A stretch of DNA of 64,000 bases from an uncultured Bacteroidales bacterium (GCA_949286415.1 CASEBV010000016.1:12967-76966); one strand, 5' to 3'; numbered from the stretch's first letter, positions 49,359 to 57,628 are shown. Notes: generated by a model from the letters alone, not told the origin. Made by a program: numbers and translations.

Positions 49359-50285
49359 TCAATACAAAGGCGAAGGATAGATGCCTTTGTCGGCAAATTC
49401 CTTGAACTTGGCGACTACTCCGGGGCGGTCTTCCTTGAAAGTAACTCCGAACCAGTGGGAAGGGGTGGACAGCAGCTCTGTCTTGGCGGAACCGTCCTTT
49501 ATCATGCAGTCGATGGCGTATGGAATATAGAATTCGGCCTTCAGTTCGTTCAGATTCTCTACGATGAAATCCTTGAATATCGCCTCGCTCTTTTCAAAAT
49601 AATCCGGGGTGAAGCCCCACATGTTCATGGAAGCCAAGGCCTTGCCGTCAAGACGGACTCTTTCTCCACCGCTGTTTTCCCCGTAAACATTCCCGTCATC
49701 GGCTTTTGCGATGTTGTGATGTTCCTCCACATGTGTCAGGAAATGACTCTCGTCTGCAGAGCATATGCCTCTTGACACTCCTCCGGATTCCGACAGGGTA
49801 TGGTCAAGTTCGAATCCTACCATACAATAGTGTCCTGATGTGTTTTCATGTGCTGTCAGCCATTTTGCGATGATGCCGAATGATTCTTTCCCATAATAAT
49901 CGTCTCCGTTGATGACGGCAAACGGCTCATTGATGACATCCTTTGCCATGAGAACGGCATGTGCTGTGCCCCATGGCTTCTGTCTTTCAGGATTGTATGC
50001 GAGTCCGTCCGGAATCTTGTCAAGTTCCTGCGTCACGAATTCAAATTTCAGCGGCGTTCCGTCAGAACAGAGCACATGACTGTATTTCTTTCCGACAAGC
50101 TCTTCAAACTGAGGCTTGAAATGCTCCCTGACGATGTATACGACTTTTCCGAATCCGGCATGTACGGCATCGTAGATTGAATAGTCAATGATTGTTTCCC
50201 CGTTCGGACCGAGTCCGTCCATCTGTTTCAGTCCTCCGTAGCGGCTGCCCATCCCGGCAGCAAGGACCAGCAATGTAGGTTTCAT
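49359..50285 (-). CDS. sugar-phosphate nucleotidyltransferase-family protein
   Basis: 308 aa. N-terminal LAAGMGSRYGG.KQ nucleotide-binding motif. Confidence 0.7.
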   Translation of the reverse strand: MKPTLLVLAAGMGSRYGGLKQMDGLGPNGETIIDYSIYDAVHAGFGKVVYIVREHFKPQFEELVGKKYSHVLCSDGTPLKFEFVTQELDKIPDGLAYNPERQKPWGTAHAVLMAKDVINEPFAVINGDDYYGKESFGIIAKWLTAHENTSGHYCMVGFELDHTLSESGGVSRGICSADESHFLTHVEEHHNIAKADDGNVYGENSGGERVRLDGKALASMNMWGFTPDYFEKSEAIFKDFIVENLNELKAEFYIPYAIDCMIKDGSAKTELLSTPSHWFGVTFKEDRPGVVAKFKEFADKGIYPSPLY

Positions 50286-50360
50286 TTTATTTTTGTTTAT
50301 TTATGATGTCTTTTGTCAGTTATGGCAATGTGGTTTTATTTAAAATCTTCCAAAATTAAT

Positions 50361-50368
50361 TATTTTTG
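50361..50368 (+). promoter_or_regulatory. candidate -7 box TATTTTTG for the FtsB-like gene
   Basis: Matches TAnnTTTG, 18 nt upstream of the ATG at 50387. Confidence 0.45.
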
Positions 50369-50386
50369 TGGAAATTTCCCTCTGAA

Positions 50387-50692
50387 ATGAATGTGTTCGG
50401 AAAAATATTCAGCGGCAGGCATGGGGGCTTTGCCAAATTTGTTGCATGGACGACAGGGATATTCATTCTTGTGATGATATTCTGGCCGGGCAACAATGTG
50501 ATCAGATGGATTGGTGCGGCTGTTGAAATAAAAAAGGAAGAAAAAGAAATACGCGAATACAAGCAGCAGATAAATGACATGAATGAGCGTATCCGCATGC
50601 TTACTTCAGACAGGGATACCCTTGAAAAATTCGCCCGGGAGCAATTCAATCTTGCCGAGCCGGGCGATGATGTCTATATCATTGAAGAATGA
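50387..50692 (+). CDS. septum formation initiator (FtsB/DivIC-like) protein
   Basis: 101 aa. One TM segment, then a coiled coil (EIKKEEKEIREYKQQINDMNERIRML) and the conserved tail LEKFAREQFNL..PGDDVY. Confidence 0.75.
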   Translation: MNVFGKIFSGRHGGFAKFVAWTTGIFILVMIFWPGNNVIRWIGAAVEIKKEEKEIREYKQQINDMNERIRMLTSDRDTLEKFAREQFNLAEPGDDVYIIEE

Positions 50693-50746
50693 TTCCGTTT
50701 TCCGGGGTCGGATCAGCCGGACCTGAGCGGGAAAATTCTTCTTCCA

Positions 50747-52087
50747 TCAGAATCCCGTGTATGTCATCGGCGTGATGGTCCTCATTTCCTCCTTGACGCT
50801 TTCATTTACATCAAGTCCCTCTATGAATGCCGCGATGGTCTCGTGGGTGATGGCTTCTCCCGTGCGGGTCAGGGCCTTGAGTGTCTCGTATGGATTCGGG
50901 TAGTTCTCTCTCCTGAGAATTGTCTGCAGGGCCTCTGCAACAACCGCCCAGTTCCTCTGCAGGTCGGCGTCTATTGCCGGTCTGTTGAGAATCAGCTTGC
51001 CGAGTCCTTTCCTGATGGAATTAAGGGCAATCATCGTGTGTGCCACAGGAACTCCCACATTCCTCAGTACCGTCGAGTCGGTAAGGTCGCGCTGCAGCCT
51101 GGATATCGGAAGCTTCATCGAGAGATGCGTGAAGACCGCATCTGCCATGCCGAGGTTGCCCTCAGCATTCTCGAAGTCTATAGGATTGACCTTATGCGGC
51201 ATCGCCGATGACCCCACCTCGTTCTTGTTGACTTTCTGGTGGAAATATTCCATCGAGATGTAGGTCCAGATGTCGCGGCAGAAATCAATGAGTATGGTGT
51301 TGATGCGGCGGATGTTGTCGAAGATGGCCGCAAGATTGTCGTAATGCTCTATCTGCGTCGTCGGGAATGACCTCTTCAGCCCGAGCGATGCCACGAACCT
51401 GTCCCCGAACGCAATCCAGTCGATGTCCGGATATGCCACCCTGTGGGCGTTCATGTTGCCTGTGGCTCCTCCGAACTTTGCAGGATAGGAGAGGGTGTCC
51501 AGCTGGCGGAGCTGCTCCTCAAGTCTCACCTGGAATACCTTGAGCTCCTTGCCGACGCGGGTAGGGGAGGCCGGCTGCCCGTGGGTCTTGGCAAGCATCG
51601 GGATGTCCTTCCATTCCTCGGCCATATCCCTTATGGTACCGAGGACTTCATTCATCAGCGGAAGATATGCCTCATGTACGGCTTCTTTCAGGGAGAGCGG
51701 GACCGATGTGTTGTTGATGTCCTGGGAAGTGAGGCCGAAATGCACGAATTCCCCCCATTTCATGATGTCCATTTCCCGGAATCTTTCCTTGATGAAATAT
51801 TCGACGGCCTTGACGTCATGGTTGGTCACTTTCTCTATGTCCTTCACCTTGGCCGCATCTTCAGGCGTCATTGTCCTGTAGATGTCCCTGAGTGCCTCGA
51901 ACTTGCTGCGGTCAAAGCCGGCAAGCTGCGGAAGCGGTATCTCGCAGAGAGCGATGAAATATTCGATTTCCACCCGCACCCTGTACCTGATCAGGGCGTA
52001 TTCGCTGAAATAGTTCCTGAGAATTTCTGTCTGCCGTGCATATCTCCCGTCAATCGGAGATACTGCCAAAAGTGAATGACTGTCCAT
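50747..52087 (-). CDS. purB: adenylosuccinate lyase
   Basis: 446 aa. Fumarate-lyase signature GSSAMPHKVNP and a typical PurB N-terminus (SPIDGRY). Confidence 0.95.
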   Translation of the reverse strand: MDSHSLLAVSPIDGRYARQTEILRNYFSEYALIRYRVRVEIEYFIALCEIPLPQLAGFDRSKFEALRDIYRTMTPEDAAKVKDIEKVTNHDVKAVEYFIKERFREMDIMKWGEFVHFGLTSQDINNTSVPLSLKEAVHEAYLPLMNEVLGTIRDMAEEWKDIPMLAKTHGQPASPTRVGKELKVFQVRLEEQLRQLDTLSYPAKFGGATGNMNAHRVAYPDIDWIAFGDRFVASLGLKRSFPTTQIEHYDNLAAIFDNIRRINTILIDFCRDIWTYISMEYFHQKVNKNEVGSSAMPHKVNPIDFENAEGNLGMADAVFTHLSMKLPISRLQRDLTDSTVLRNVGVPVAHTMIALNSIRKGLGKLILNRPAIDADLQRNWAVVAEALQTILRRENYPNPYETLKALTRTGEAITHETIAAFIEGLDVNESVKEEMRTITPMTYTGF

Positions 52088-52110
52088 TGTCCGTGTGTTT
52101 TTTCAGGAGG

Positions 52111-52118
52111 CAAAGATA
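52111..52118 (-). promoter_or_regulatory. candidate -7 box (TATCTTTG on the minus strand) for purB
   Basis: The plus strand reads CAAAGATA. It lies 23 nt upstream of the purB ATG. Confidence 0.45.
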
Positions 52119-52176
52119 GTCAAAAAATGACAGCATGATATAATGGTTTAAGATTTGGCCGAATAAATTATTTGTG

Positions 52177-52184
52177 TAATTTTG
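52177..52184 (+). promoter_or_regulatory. candidate -7 box TAATTTTG for the AAA+ ATPase gene
   Basis: Matches TAnnTTTG, 29 nt upstream of the ATG at 52214. Confidence 0.45.
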
Positions 52185-52213
52185 CAGTTGTACTTCAAAT
52201 TTGTACAGATAAT

Positions 52214-53383
52214 ATGGAAACTGCTTATATTCACAGGGAATTGTCAGGAATCATAGAAGAAGCCGCCCGATATTTTTCGGTCATCACTATTACCGGACCA
52301 CGGCAGTCGGGGAAGACGACTTTAATCCGGAATGAGTTCGGGCAACTTCCGTATTATTCATTGGAGAATCTTGATGTCAGAAGTTTTGCAGAGAATGACC
52401 CGGTGGCTTTTCTTAGCAGGCATCCCGAAGGAATGATTTTGGATGAAGTTCATAACGCCCCGAACCTGCTGTCGTATATCCAGGGAATAGTGGACGAACA
52501 TCCTGAGCGAAGGTTCATACTTTCCGGGAGTTCGCAGTTTGCCATGTTGAGGAAGGTCTCGCAGTCGCTGGCAGGACGCACCGCTGTCTTCGAACTGCTG
52601 CCGCTGTCGTATTCCGAAATCAGCGGTAAAGTTGAAGGCAAGTCTCTGGATGACCTGCTGTTCGACGGTTTCTATCCGGCAATCTATGCCGGACGCAATA
52701 TCCCGAAGTTCCTGTATCCGTCCTATTTCAAGACTTATCTCGACAAGGATGTACGTGACCTGCTTCAGGTCAAGGATATGATGCAGTTTCATACATTTGT
52801 CCGGCTATGCGCGGGACGCATAGGCTCACTGTTCAAAGCCTCGGAACTGGCCAATGAAATCGGTGTCAGTTCGCATACCATCACAGCATGGCTGTCCGTG
52901 CTGCAGGCATCCTATATCGTGACATTGCTGCCCCCATATTTCGGGAACACACGCAAGCGGCTGACAAAAACTCCCAAGCTGTACTTTACGGATACAGGGC
53001 TCGCCTGCCATCTGCTTGGCATCGAGTCATCCAGTCAGCTTGCAAGGGATAAGATGCGCGGTGCGTTGTTTGAGAATTTCATCGTCATGGAAGCGCTGAA
53101 ACGAAGATATAACCTCGGCAGAGAGGGCAATCTCTATTTCTACCGTGATTCACATCAGAACGAAGTTGACCTCATATTGAAGAGCGGAGCCGGGCTGTAC
53201 GGCATAGAAATAAAATCCGCAATGACCTATCATGCGGATTTTGAGAAGTCTTTGAAACAGATGGCCGGATGGGTCGGCGAGCCTGTCCTTGGAAAAGCCG
53301 TCGTCTATGCCGGGGCGTTAGAAAACAGCTCCGGTGAAATCAAGTTGCTGAATTACTCACACCTGGGCGACATACTGGAATGA
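52214..53383 (+). CDS. AAA+ ATPase (AAA_14-like) with a C-terminal DUF4143 / PD-(D/E)xK-like module
   Basis: ATG at 52214 (METAYIHRE). Walker A GPRQSGKTT (52295-52321) and Walker B-like MILDEV. C-terminal YRDSHQNEVDLIL...GIEIKS (about 53141-53215) looks like a restriction-endonuclease-fold motif. Confidence 0.8.
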   Translation: METAYIHRELSGIIEEAARYFSVITITGPRQSGKTTLIRNEFGQLPYYSLENLDVRSFAENDPVAFLSRHPEGMILDEVHNAPNLLSYIQGIVDEHPERRFILSGSSQFAMLRKVSQSLAGRTAVFELLPLSYSEISGKVEGKSLDDLLFDGFYPAIYAGRNIPKFLYPSYFKTYLDKDVRDLLQVKDMMQFHTFVRLCAGRIGSLFKASELANEIGVSSHTITAWLSVLQASYIVTLLPPYFGNTRKRLTKTPKLYFTDTGLACHLLGIESSSQLARDKMRGALFENFIVMEALKRRYNLGREGNLYFYRDSHQNEVDLILKSGAGLYGIEIKSAMTYHADFEKSLKQMAGWVGEPVLGKAVVYAGALENSSGEIKLLNYSHLGDILE

Positions 53384-53411
53384 CATTTTCACGGATGAGT
53401 ATTTCATTCTC

Positions 53412-54230
53412 TCACATCAGCCTCCTGTAGGCCTCTATTGTCCTTGCCGCCTCGGCGACATCATGCACGCGGAGAATATCCGCACCTCTTTCCAGAGCGG
53501 CGAAATGCAGAACCTGCGTCTGGGCGAGAGATTCTTCCGGAGTGATGCCGAACAGCCTGTATATCATGCTCTTTCTGGAGACACCGACAAGAATCCTATG
53601 CCCGAGTGTCTTGAGGGCCTCAAGTTCGCGGAGCAGCTGCCAGTTCTGCCCGATGTCTTTTGCAAAGCCGAACCCCGGGTCCAGAATCCAGTCCTTTATG
53701 CCTGCCTTCTCTGCCCTTGCCCCGAATTCACGGAAATATTGCAGCACCTCTTCCGTGACATTGCCGTATTCACAGAGGCTCTGCATGGTCTTGGGGATAC
53801 CCCTCTTGTGCATTGCGACATACTTGAGCCCGAGCCTTCCGACGGCAGGGAGCATCCCCGGGTCATCTTCGCCTGCGGAAATGTCGTTGACGATGAAAGG
53901 CCCGATGAGTCCGGCGGCCTTTTCCACAACTGATGCCCACCATGTGTCAATGGAAATCACGGCATCCGGGTACGAGTCCTTTATGGCCTTGAGTACCGGT
54001 TCAAGCCTCCTCCATTCCTCCTCTTCTCCGACAGGTTCCGAGCCCGGTCTTGTGGAACATGCCCCGATGTCGATTATGTCCGCCCCTTCCGAGAGCATCT
54101 TTCCGACCATGCCGACAGTTCTGCCTGTATCAGGCATGCCGTCCGCCCCGAGACATCTGCTCGGCGCAAAATAGGAATCGTCAGTCAGATTGACGATTCC
54201 CATTATCTGTATATTTCTTGCCTTGTCCAT
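53412..54230 (-). CDS. folP: dihydropteroate synthase
   Basis: 272 aa. GIVN.T.DSF, DIGA.STRPG and RVHDV motifs. Confidence 0.93.
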   Translation of the reverse strand: MDKARNIQIMGIVNLTDDSYFAPSRCLGADGMPDTGRTVGMVGKMLSEGADIIDIGACSTRPGSEPVGEEEEWRRLEPVLKAIKDSYPDAVISIDTWWASVVEKAAGLIGPFIVNDISAGEDDPGMLPAVGRLGLKYVAMHKRGIPKTMQSLCEYGNVTEEVLQYFREFGARAEKAGIKDWILDPGFGFAKDIGQNWQLLRELEALKTLGHRILVGVSRKSMIYRLFGITPEESLAQTQVLHFAALERGADILRVHDVAEAARTIEAYRRLM

Positions 54231-54242
54231 TTTCTTTTTTGC

Positions 54243-54527
54243 TTATTCCATATGAAGGTATTCCTTCAGAGTCCTGACATATTCATCAAGGGCATCCCGG
54301 CCTTTTCTGGTCAGGGAGCATGCCGTGCGGGGTTTCTTTCCGATGATTTCCTTCCTGACGGAAATGTATCCGGCTTCGGAAAGCTTGTCCAGCTGCACGC
54401 TGAGGTTCCCGGATGTGGCCTCCGTCTTTTCCTTCAGCCAGACAAAATCCGCTTCTTCCACTGACAGCAGCAATGAAACTATTGCCAGCCGCAGCTGTGA
54501 ATGCAGCAAAGGGTCCAGTTCTTTCAT
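54243..54527 (-). CDS. small winged-helix transcriptional regulator
   Basis: 94 aa. LHSQLRLAIVSLL....EADFVWLKEKTEATSGNLSVQLDKLSEAGYI is a wHTH pattern. ATGA overlap with the upstream membrane-protein gene. Confidence 0.7.
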   Translation of the reverse strand: MKELDPLLHSQLRLAIVSLLLSVEEADFVWLKEKTEATSGNLSVQLDKLSEAGYISVRKEIIGKKPRTACSLTRKGRDALDEYVRTLKEYLHME

Positions 54528-55132
54528 GACCTGCGTATCTTATGTCTTACAATGTGGGCCGGAAGCACCATATATATCAGGAACGAGGCCCCGAAAAGCA
54601 GGTTCCAGGAATTGTCGTAGCTTCCGCCGGCCCATCCGCATGTAATCATCCAGATGGCTGCGGCGAGTCCGGCAAGAGGTGTCCATACAAACCATTTTTC
54701 ATTGATTATCAGTCCTGTGATGGAGGTCCCGATGCCTGCATAGATTATCGACAGCGGCATCATCATCGAGAAATCAATGATTCCAGATATGCTCCCTGCA
54801 ACGATGATGATAATAAGGCTGATGCCGAACATCGACCCTATGACTTTCCATACGCTGTCCATCATCCTGTCCATGTAGGTCACCACTTCCGGTTTTTCTT
54901 TCTTGAAAAAGGACAGGATGTAAGGGATGAACATTGCAAACCATCCGAAACACCACATGCTGTCTCCGGTGAAATGAGTAAGCAGCCATACGGCAATCGA
55001 AGTGGCCGTTGCCGCATATCCGTATGCCAGAAACAAGTTGAAGTCCTCTCCGTTCATCTCGTTCCTCGTCTTTTCAATCATTTTGGAAATCAGTTCGATG
55101 CTTTCCTTTTCAGTCAGTTCATTCGTTTTCAT
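54524..55132 (-). CDS. integral membrane protein of unknown function (co-transcribed with the wHTH regulator)
   Basis: 202 aa with about 5-6 hydrophobic helices after a short amphipathic N-terminus. Confidence 0.6.
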   Translation of the reverse strand: MKTNELTEKESIELISKMIEKTRNEMNGEDFNLFLAYGYAATATSIAVWLLTHFTGDSMWCFGWFAMFIPYILSFFKKEKPEVVTYMDRMMDSVWKVIGSMFGISLIIIIVAGSISGIIDFSMMMPLSIIYAGIGTSITGLIINEKWFVWTPLAGLAAAIWMITCGWAGGSYDNSWNLLFGASFLIYMVLPAHIVRHKIRRS

Positions 55133-55169
55133 TTCTTTTCGGTTTTCATGTCGCCGGAGCGACAGTTCG

Positions 55170-55183
55170 GTTTATTTTATAAA
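55170..55183. repeat. 14-nt direct repeat copy 1 (GTTTATTTTATAAA)
   Basis: Identical 14-mer at 55250-55263, exactly 80 bp away. Contains the palindrome TTTATAAA. Confidence 0.8.
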
Positions 55184-55194
55184 CTTCAGCCGGC

Positions 55195-55227
55195 TTTAAA
55201 AAGCAGGGAGTGCGCATCTCTCCTGCT
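55195..55227 (-). terminator. rho-independent terminator downstream of the O-acetyltransferase gene
   Basis: Stem AGCAGGGAG / CTC(T)CCTGCT with a 7-nt loop. On the minus strand it is followed by TTTTTAAA. Confidence 0.6.
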
Positions 55228-55249
55228 TCTTGTTGGCAAATATAAACAA

Positions 55250-55263
55250 GTTTATTTTATAAA
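55250..55263. repeat. 14-nt direct repeat copy 2 (GTTTATTTTATAAA)
   Basis: Identical to 55170-55183. Confidence 0.8.
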
Positions 55264-55351
55264 TCAAAATATTTTGAGAATAATCGAAAAATAAGATTCT
55301 TTCTCCGCTCGTTTCACTTGGTCGGACTGACAGCTGAAGCTCCTTGATAGG

Positions 55352-55912
55352 TCATTCTCCGATCTTGCGGATCACCCGGCAGGGGTTTCCGGCGGCGACC
55401 ACACCTGAAGGGATGTCTCTGGTGACCACGCTGCCGGCTCCTATGACGCAGTTGTCGCCTATGGTCACTCCGGGGAGCACGCAGACATTGCCTCCGATCC
55501 ATACATTGCTGCCGACCTTGATGGGACGGGCGTATTCAAGCCCTTTGTTGCGCTGCTCTGCATCCAATGGGTGACCTGCCGTGTAGAATCCGCATCCGGG
55601 GGCGACGAACACATTGTCCCCGAATGTGACCCTGGCACCGTCAAGGATGACGCAGTTGAAGTTCATGAAGAAGTTTTCTCCGACTTCGATGTTGTAGCCG
55701 TAGTCGCAGAAGAACGGCGACCTTATCTCGAATTTTTCCCCTGTCCTGCCAAACAGATTCCTTATCTCCTCTTTCCTTTCCTCAGCCTTTGACGGCGGCA
55801 ATGAGTTCAGCGCAAAGCATTTTTCCGCCCCGGCCGCCATTTCGGCGAGGAGTTCCGGGTCATTGTTCGCATCGTACAGCATTCCTGCCGCAGCCTTTTC
55901 TTTTTCTGTCAT
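55352..55912 (-). CDS. maa: maltose/galactoside O-acetyltransferase-family (hexapeptide) acetyltransferase
   Basis: 186 aa. N-terminal Mac domain (MLYDANNDPEL) followed by hexapeptide repeats (IGSNVWIGGNVCVLPGVTIGDNCVIGAGSVV). Confidence 0.88.
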   Translation of the reverse strand: MTEKEKAAAGMLYDANNDPELLAEMAAGAEKCFALNSLPPSKAEERKEEIRNLFGRTGEKFEIRSPFFCDYGYNIEVGENFFMNFNCVILDGARVTFGDNVFVAPGCGFYTAGHPLDAEQRNKGLEYARPIKVGSNVWIGGNVCVLPGVTIGDNCVIGAGSVVTRDIPSGVVAAGNPCRVIRKIGE

Positions 55913-55942
55913 GGTGATGTAATTACTTTAATTGTATGCTTA

Positions 55943-55950
55943 CAAATTTA
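55943..55950 (-). promoter_or_regulatory. candidate -7 box (TAAATTTG on the minus strand) for maa
   Basis: The plus strand reads CAAATTTA. It lies 30 nt upstream of the ATG at 55912. Confidence 0.4.
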
Positions 55951-55952
55951 TT

Positions 55953-55960
55953 TATTTTTG
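55953..55960 (+). promoter_or_regulatory. candidate -7 box TATTTTTG for the beta-lactamase gene
   Basis: Matches TAnnTTTG, 16 nt upstream of the ATG at 55977. Confidence 0.4.
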
Positions 55961-55976
55961 TAAAAAAATTCAGGGA

Positions 55977-56777
55977 ATGATGAGGGTATTTTATTGTATG
56001 TCATTGATTTTTACGGTATTTGTGACTACTGCGTGCGGCCGGGCGGGAGATTTGGAACAGCGGTTGATGGAAATTGTCTCCGGAAAGGATGCCGAAGTGG
56101 GAATTGCTGTGATTTTCAACGGTAAAGACACTCTTGCCCTTAATAACTGCAATCATTACCCGATGATGAGCGTGTTCAAGTTCCACCAGGCACTGGCTGT
56201 CGCCGACCACCTCGCAAAATCAGGAAAACATCTCAGTGACAGGATACACATAGAGCCGGAAGACCTGCAAAAAGACACTTACAGTCCCCTCAGGGACAAA
56301 TTTCCTGACGGCAACTTCGACATCAGCATCGCTGAATTGCTGCAATATACCCTTCAGTTATCCGACAACAACGCCTGTGATATCCTTTTCAAATATATTG
56401 CAGGCGTGAATGAAACAGATGATTTCATCCGTTCGCTCGGACTCGAAAAGTTTTCAATTTCAGCAAATGAGGATGACATGCACAAAGACCTCAGCCGCTG
56501 CTACGACAACTGGAGTACTCCACTCGACGCAGCGCGGCTGCTTGAAATTTTCATCACGCAGGATGTTCTGCAAGAGGAATATGGCGATTTCATCAGGAAA
56601 ACCATGACTGAATGCACCACGGGGCAGGACAGGCTTGTCAAACCACTGCTCGGAACAGATGCAGCCATAGGACACAAGACAGGGACGGGAGACCGGAATG
56701 CCGAAGGCAAACTCATAGGCACCAATGACATCGGATTCATATCTCAGGCGGTATATGAATATGCCATTGCGCAATAA
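55977..56777 (+). CDS. Ambler class A beta-lactamase (Bacteroides CblA/CepA/CfxA-like), apparently truncated at the C-terminus
   Basis: Motifs present: SVFK (56169-56180), SDN (56361-56369) and KTG (56676-56684). The ORF stops 30 codons after KTG, whereas the homologs I recall continue for about 60 residues. Confidence 0.7.
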   Translation: MMRVFYCMSLIFTVFVTTACGRAGDLEQRLMEIVSGKDAEVGIAVIFNGKDTLALNNCNHYPMMSVFKFHQALAVADHLAKSGKHLSDRIHIEPEDLQKDTYSPLRDKFPDGNFDISIAELLQYTLQLSDNNACDILFKYIAGVNETDDFIRSLGLEKFSISANEDDMHKDLSRCYDNWSTPLDAARLLEIFITQDVLQEEYGDFIRKTMTECTTGQDRLVKPLLGTDAAIGHKTGTGDRNAEGKLIGTNDIGFISQAVYEYAIAQ

Positions 56778-56825
56778 ACCTGTCACTCCCGTCAGTGGAG
56801 TTCCTGCAGCAAGAGAACGGTCTGC

Positions 56826-57440
56826 CTAAGCCAGTACATATCCCTCTCCGGACTTTGTGAGAGTGCCCTGGCTGACAAGCTGGGATACGGCCCTTGAAAG
56901 AGACGGGCGGGCGACGCCGAGGATGAAGGCTGCCTCCTGGAGATTGTCCAGCGGTCCGTTGTGTTCTATGTAGCTGACAATTCTTGAAGAAAGCGTCTGG
57001 AGTGCGAATTCATTGAGGCGGCGGCTCAGGAACATGCTGTGGTCGGAGATGACCGTGAGATAGTTGTGCAGCACTGTCTTGTCTGTCTCTATGATCCTGC
57101 GGATGCTTTCCTTGCCCACAACCCAGATGCTGCAGTCCGTAGATGCGAGAATCGTGACGGGGAATATCCCTTCGCTGCTGAATATGAATGATGAGGCGAG
57201 CACATCCGGGGCAGAGAGGGTGTCGAGCGTGAATTCCTTGCCTTCTTCACTGACCATCTTCGCATATACGCTTCCGTTGCAGAGCAGGAACAGGGAACGG
57301 CAGGCGTAACCCTGCATGGCAATGATGTCTCCTTTGCCGTATGTGGAATATCTTCCGGGAGATTCTTCAAATATCTTCCTTATGGCTTCCCTGTCTCCCC
57401 CTCGGAACAGTGGCATGTCGCAGATGTCGTAATGCACCAT
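56826..57440 (-). CDS. Crp/Fnr-family transcriptional regulator
   Basis: cNMP-binding-like beta-roll followed by a C-terminal HTH (LQEAAFILGVARPSLSRAVSQL). The start is ATG 57440 (204 aa) or ATG 57512 (228 aa). Confidence 0.8.
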   Translation of the reverse strand: MVHYDICDMPLFRGGDREAIRKIFEESPGRYSTYGKGDIIAMQGYACRSLFLLCNGSVYAKMVSEEGKEFTLDTLSAPDVLASSFIFSSEGIFPVTILASTDCSIWVVGKESIRRIIETDKTVLHNYLTVISDHSMFLSRRLNEFALQTLSSRIVSYIEHNGPLDNLQEAAFILGVARPSLSRAVSQLVSQGTLTKSGEGYVLA

Positions 57441-57552
57441 GGCCTTTCGCTTTGTTCTGTCAATCCATGTGGCCGCGGAATGTGTTTCCTTGTGTTTTGC
57501 GGATTTTCGCATGCCGGTAACAAATGTTACGGATTATCTTTTCCCCGGGATA

Positions 57553-57560
57553 TACCTTTG
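57553..57560 (+). promoter_or_regulatory. candidate -7 box TACCTTTG for the pilin-fold lipoprotein array
   Basis: Matches TAnnTTTG, 68 nt upstream of the ATG at 57629. Confidence 0.45.
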
Positions 57561-57598
57561 CATCCGAAAAATCCCCCGGACGGCCGTCCGGACGGGTA

Positions 57599-57606
57599 CA
57601 AAGATA
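57599..57606 (-). promoter_or_regulatory. candidate -7 box (TATCTTTG on the minus strand) for the Crp/Fnr gene
   Basis: The plus strand reads CAAAGATA. It would give a transcript that overlaps the 5' end of the plus-strand transcript. Confidence 0.35.
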
Positions 57607-57628
57607 ACATAAAAAAGGATATCGGCAG

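Noticed and set aside
51443-52075. 210-aa plus-strand ORF (a similar case is 53542-54174 opposite folP)
   Set aside because: It is antisense within purB. The sense-strand genes carry diagnostic motifs, while the antisense translations have no motifs and skewed composition.
54542-55294. 250-aa plus-strand ORF
   Set aside because: It is antisense to the membrane-protein gene and extends across a terminator and an AT-rich intergenic region. The minus-strand ORF is coupled (ATGA overlap) to the wHTH gene and has clear TM helices.
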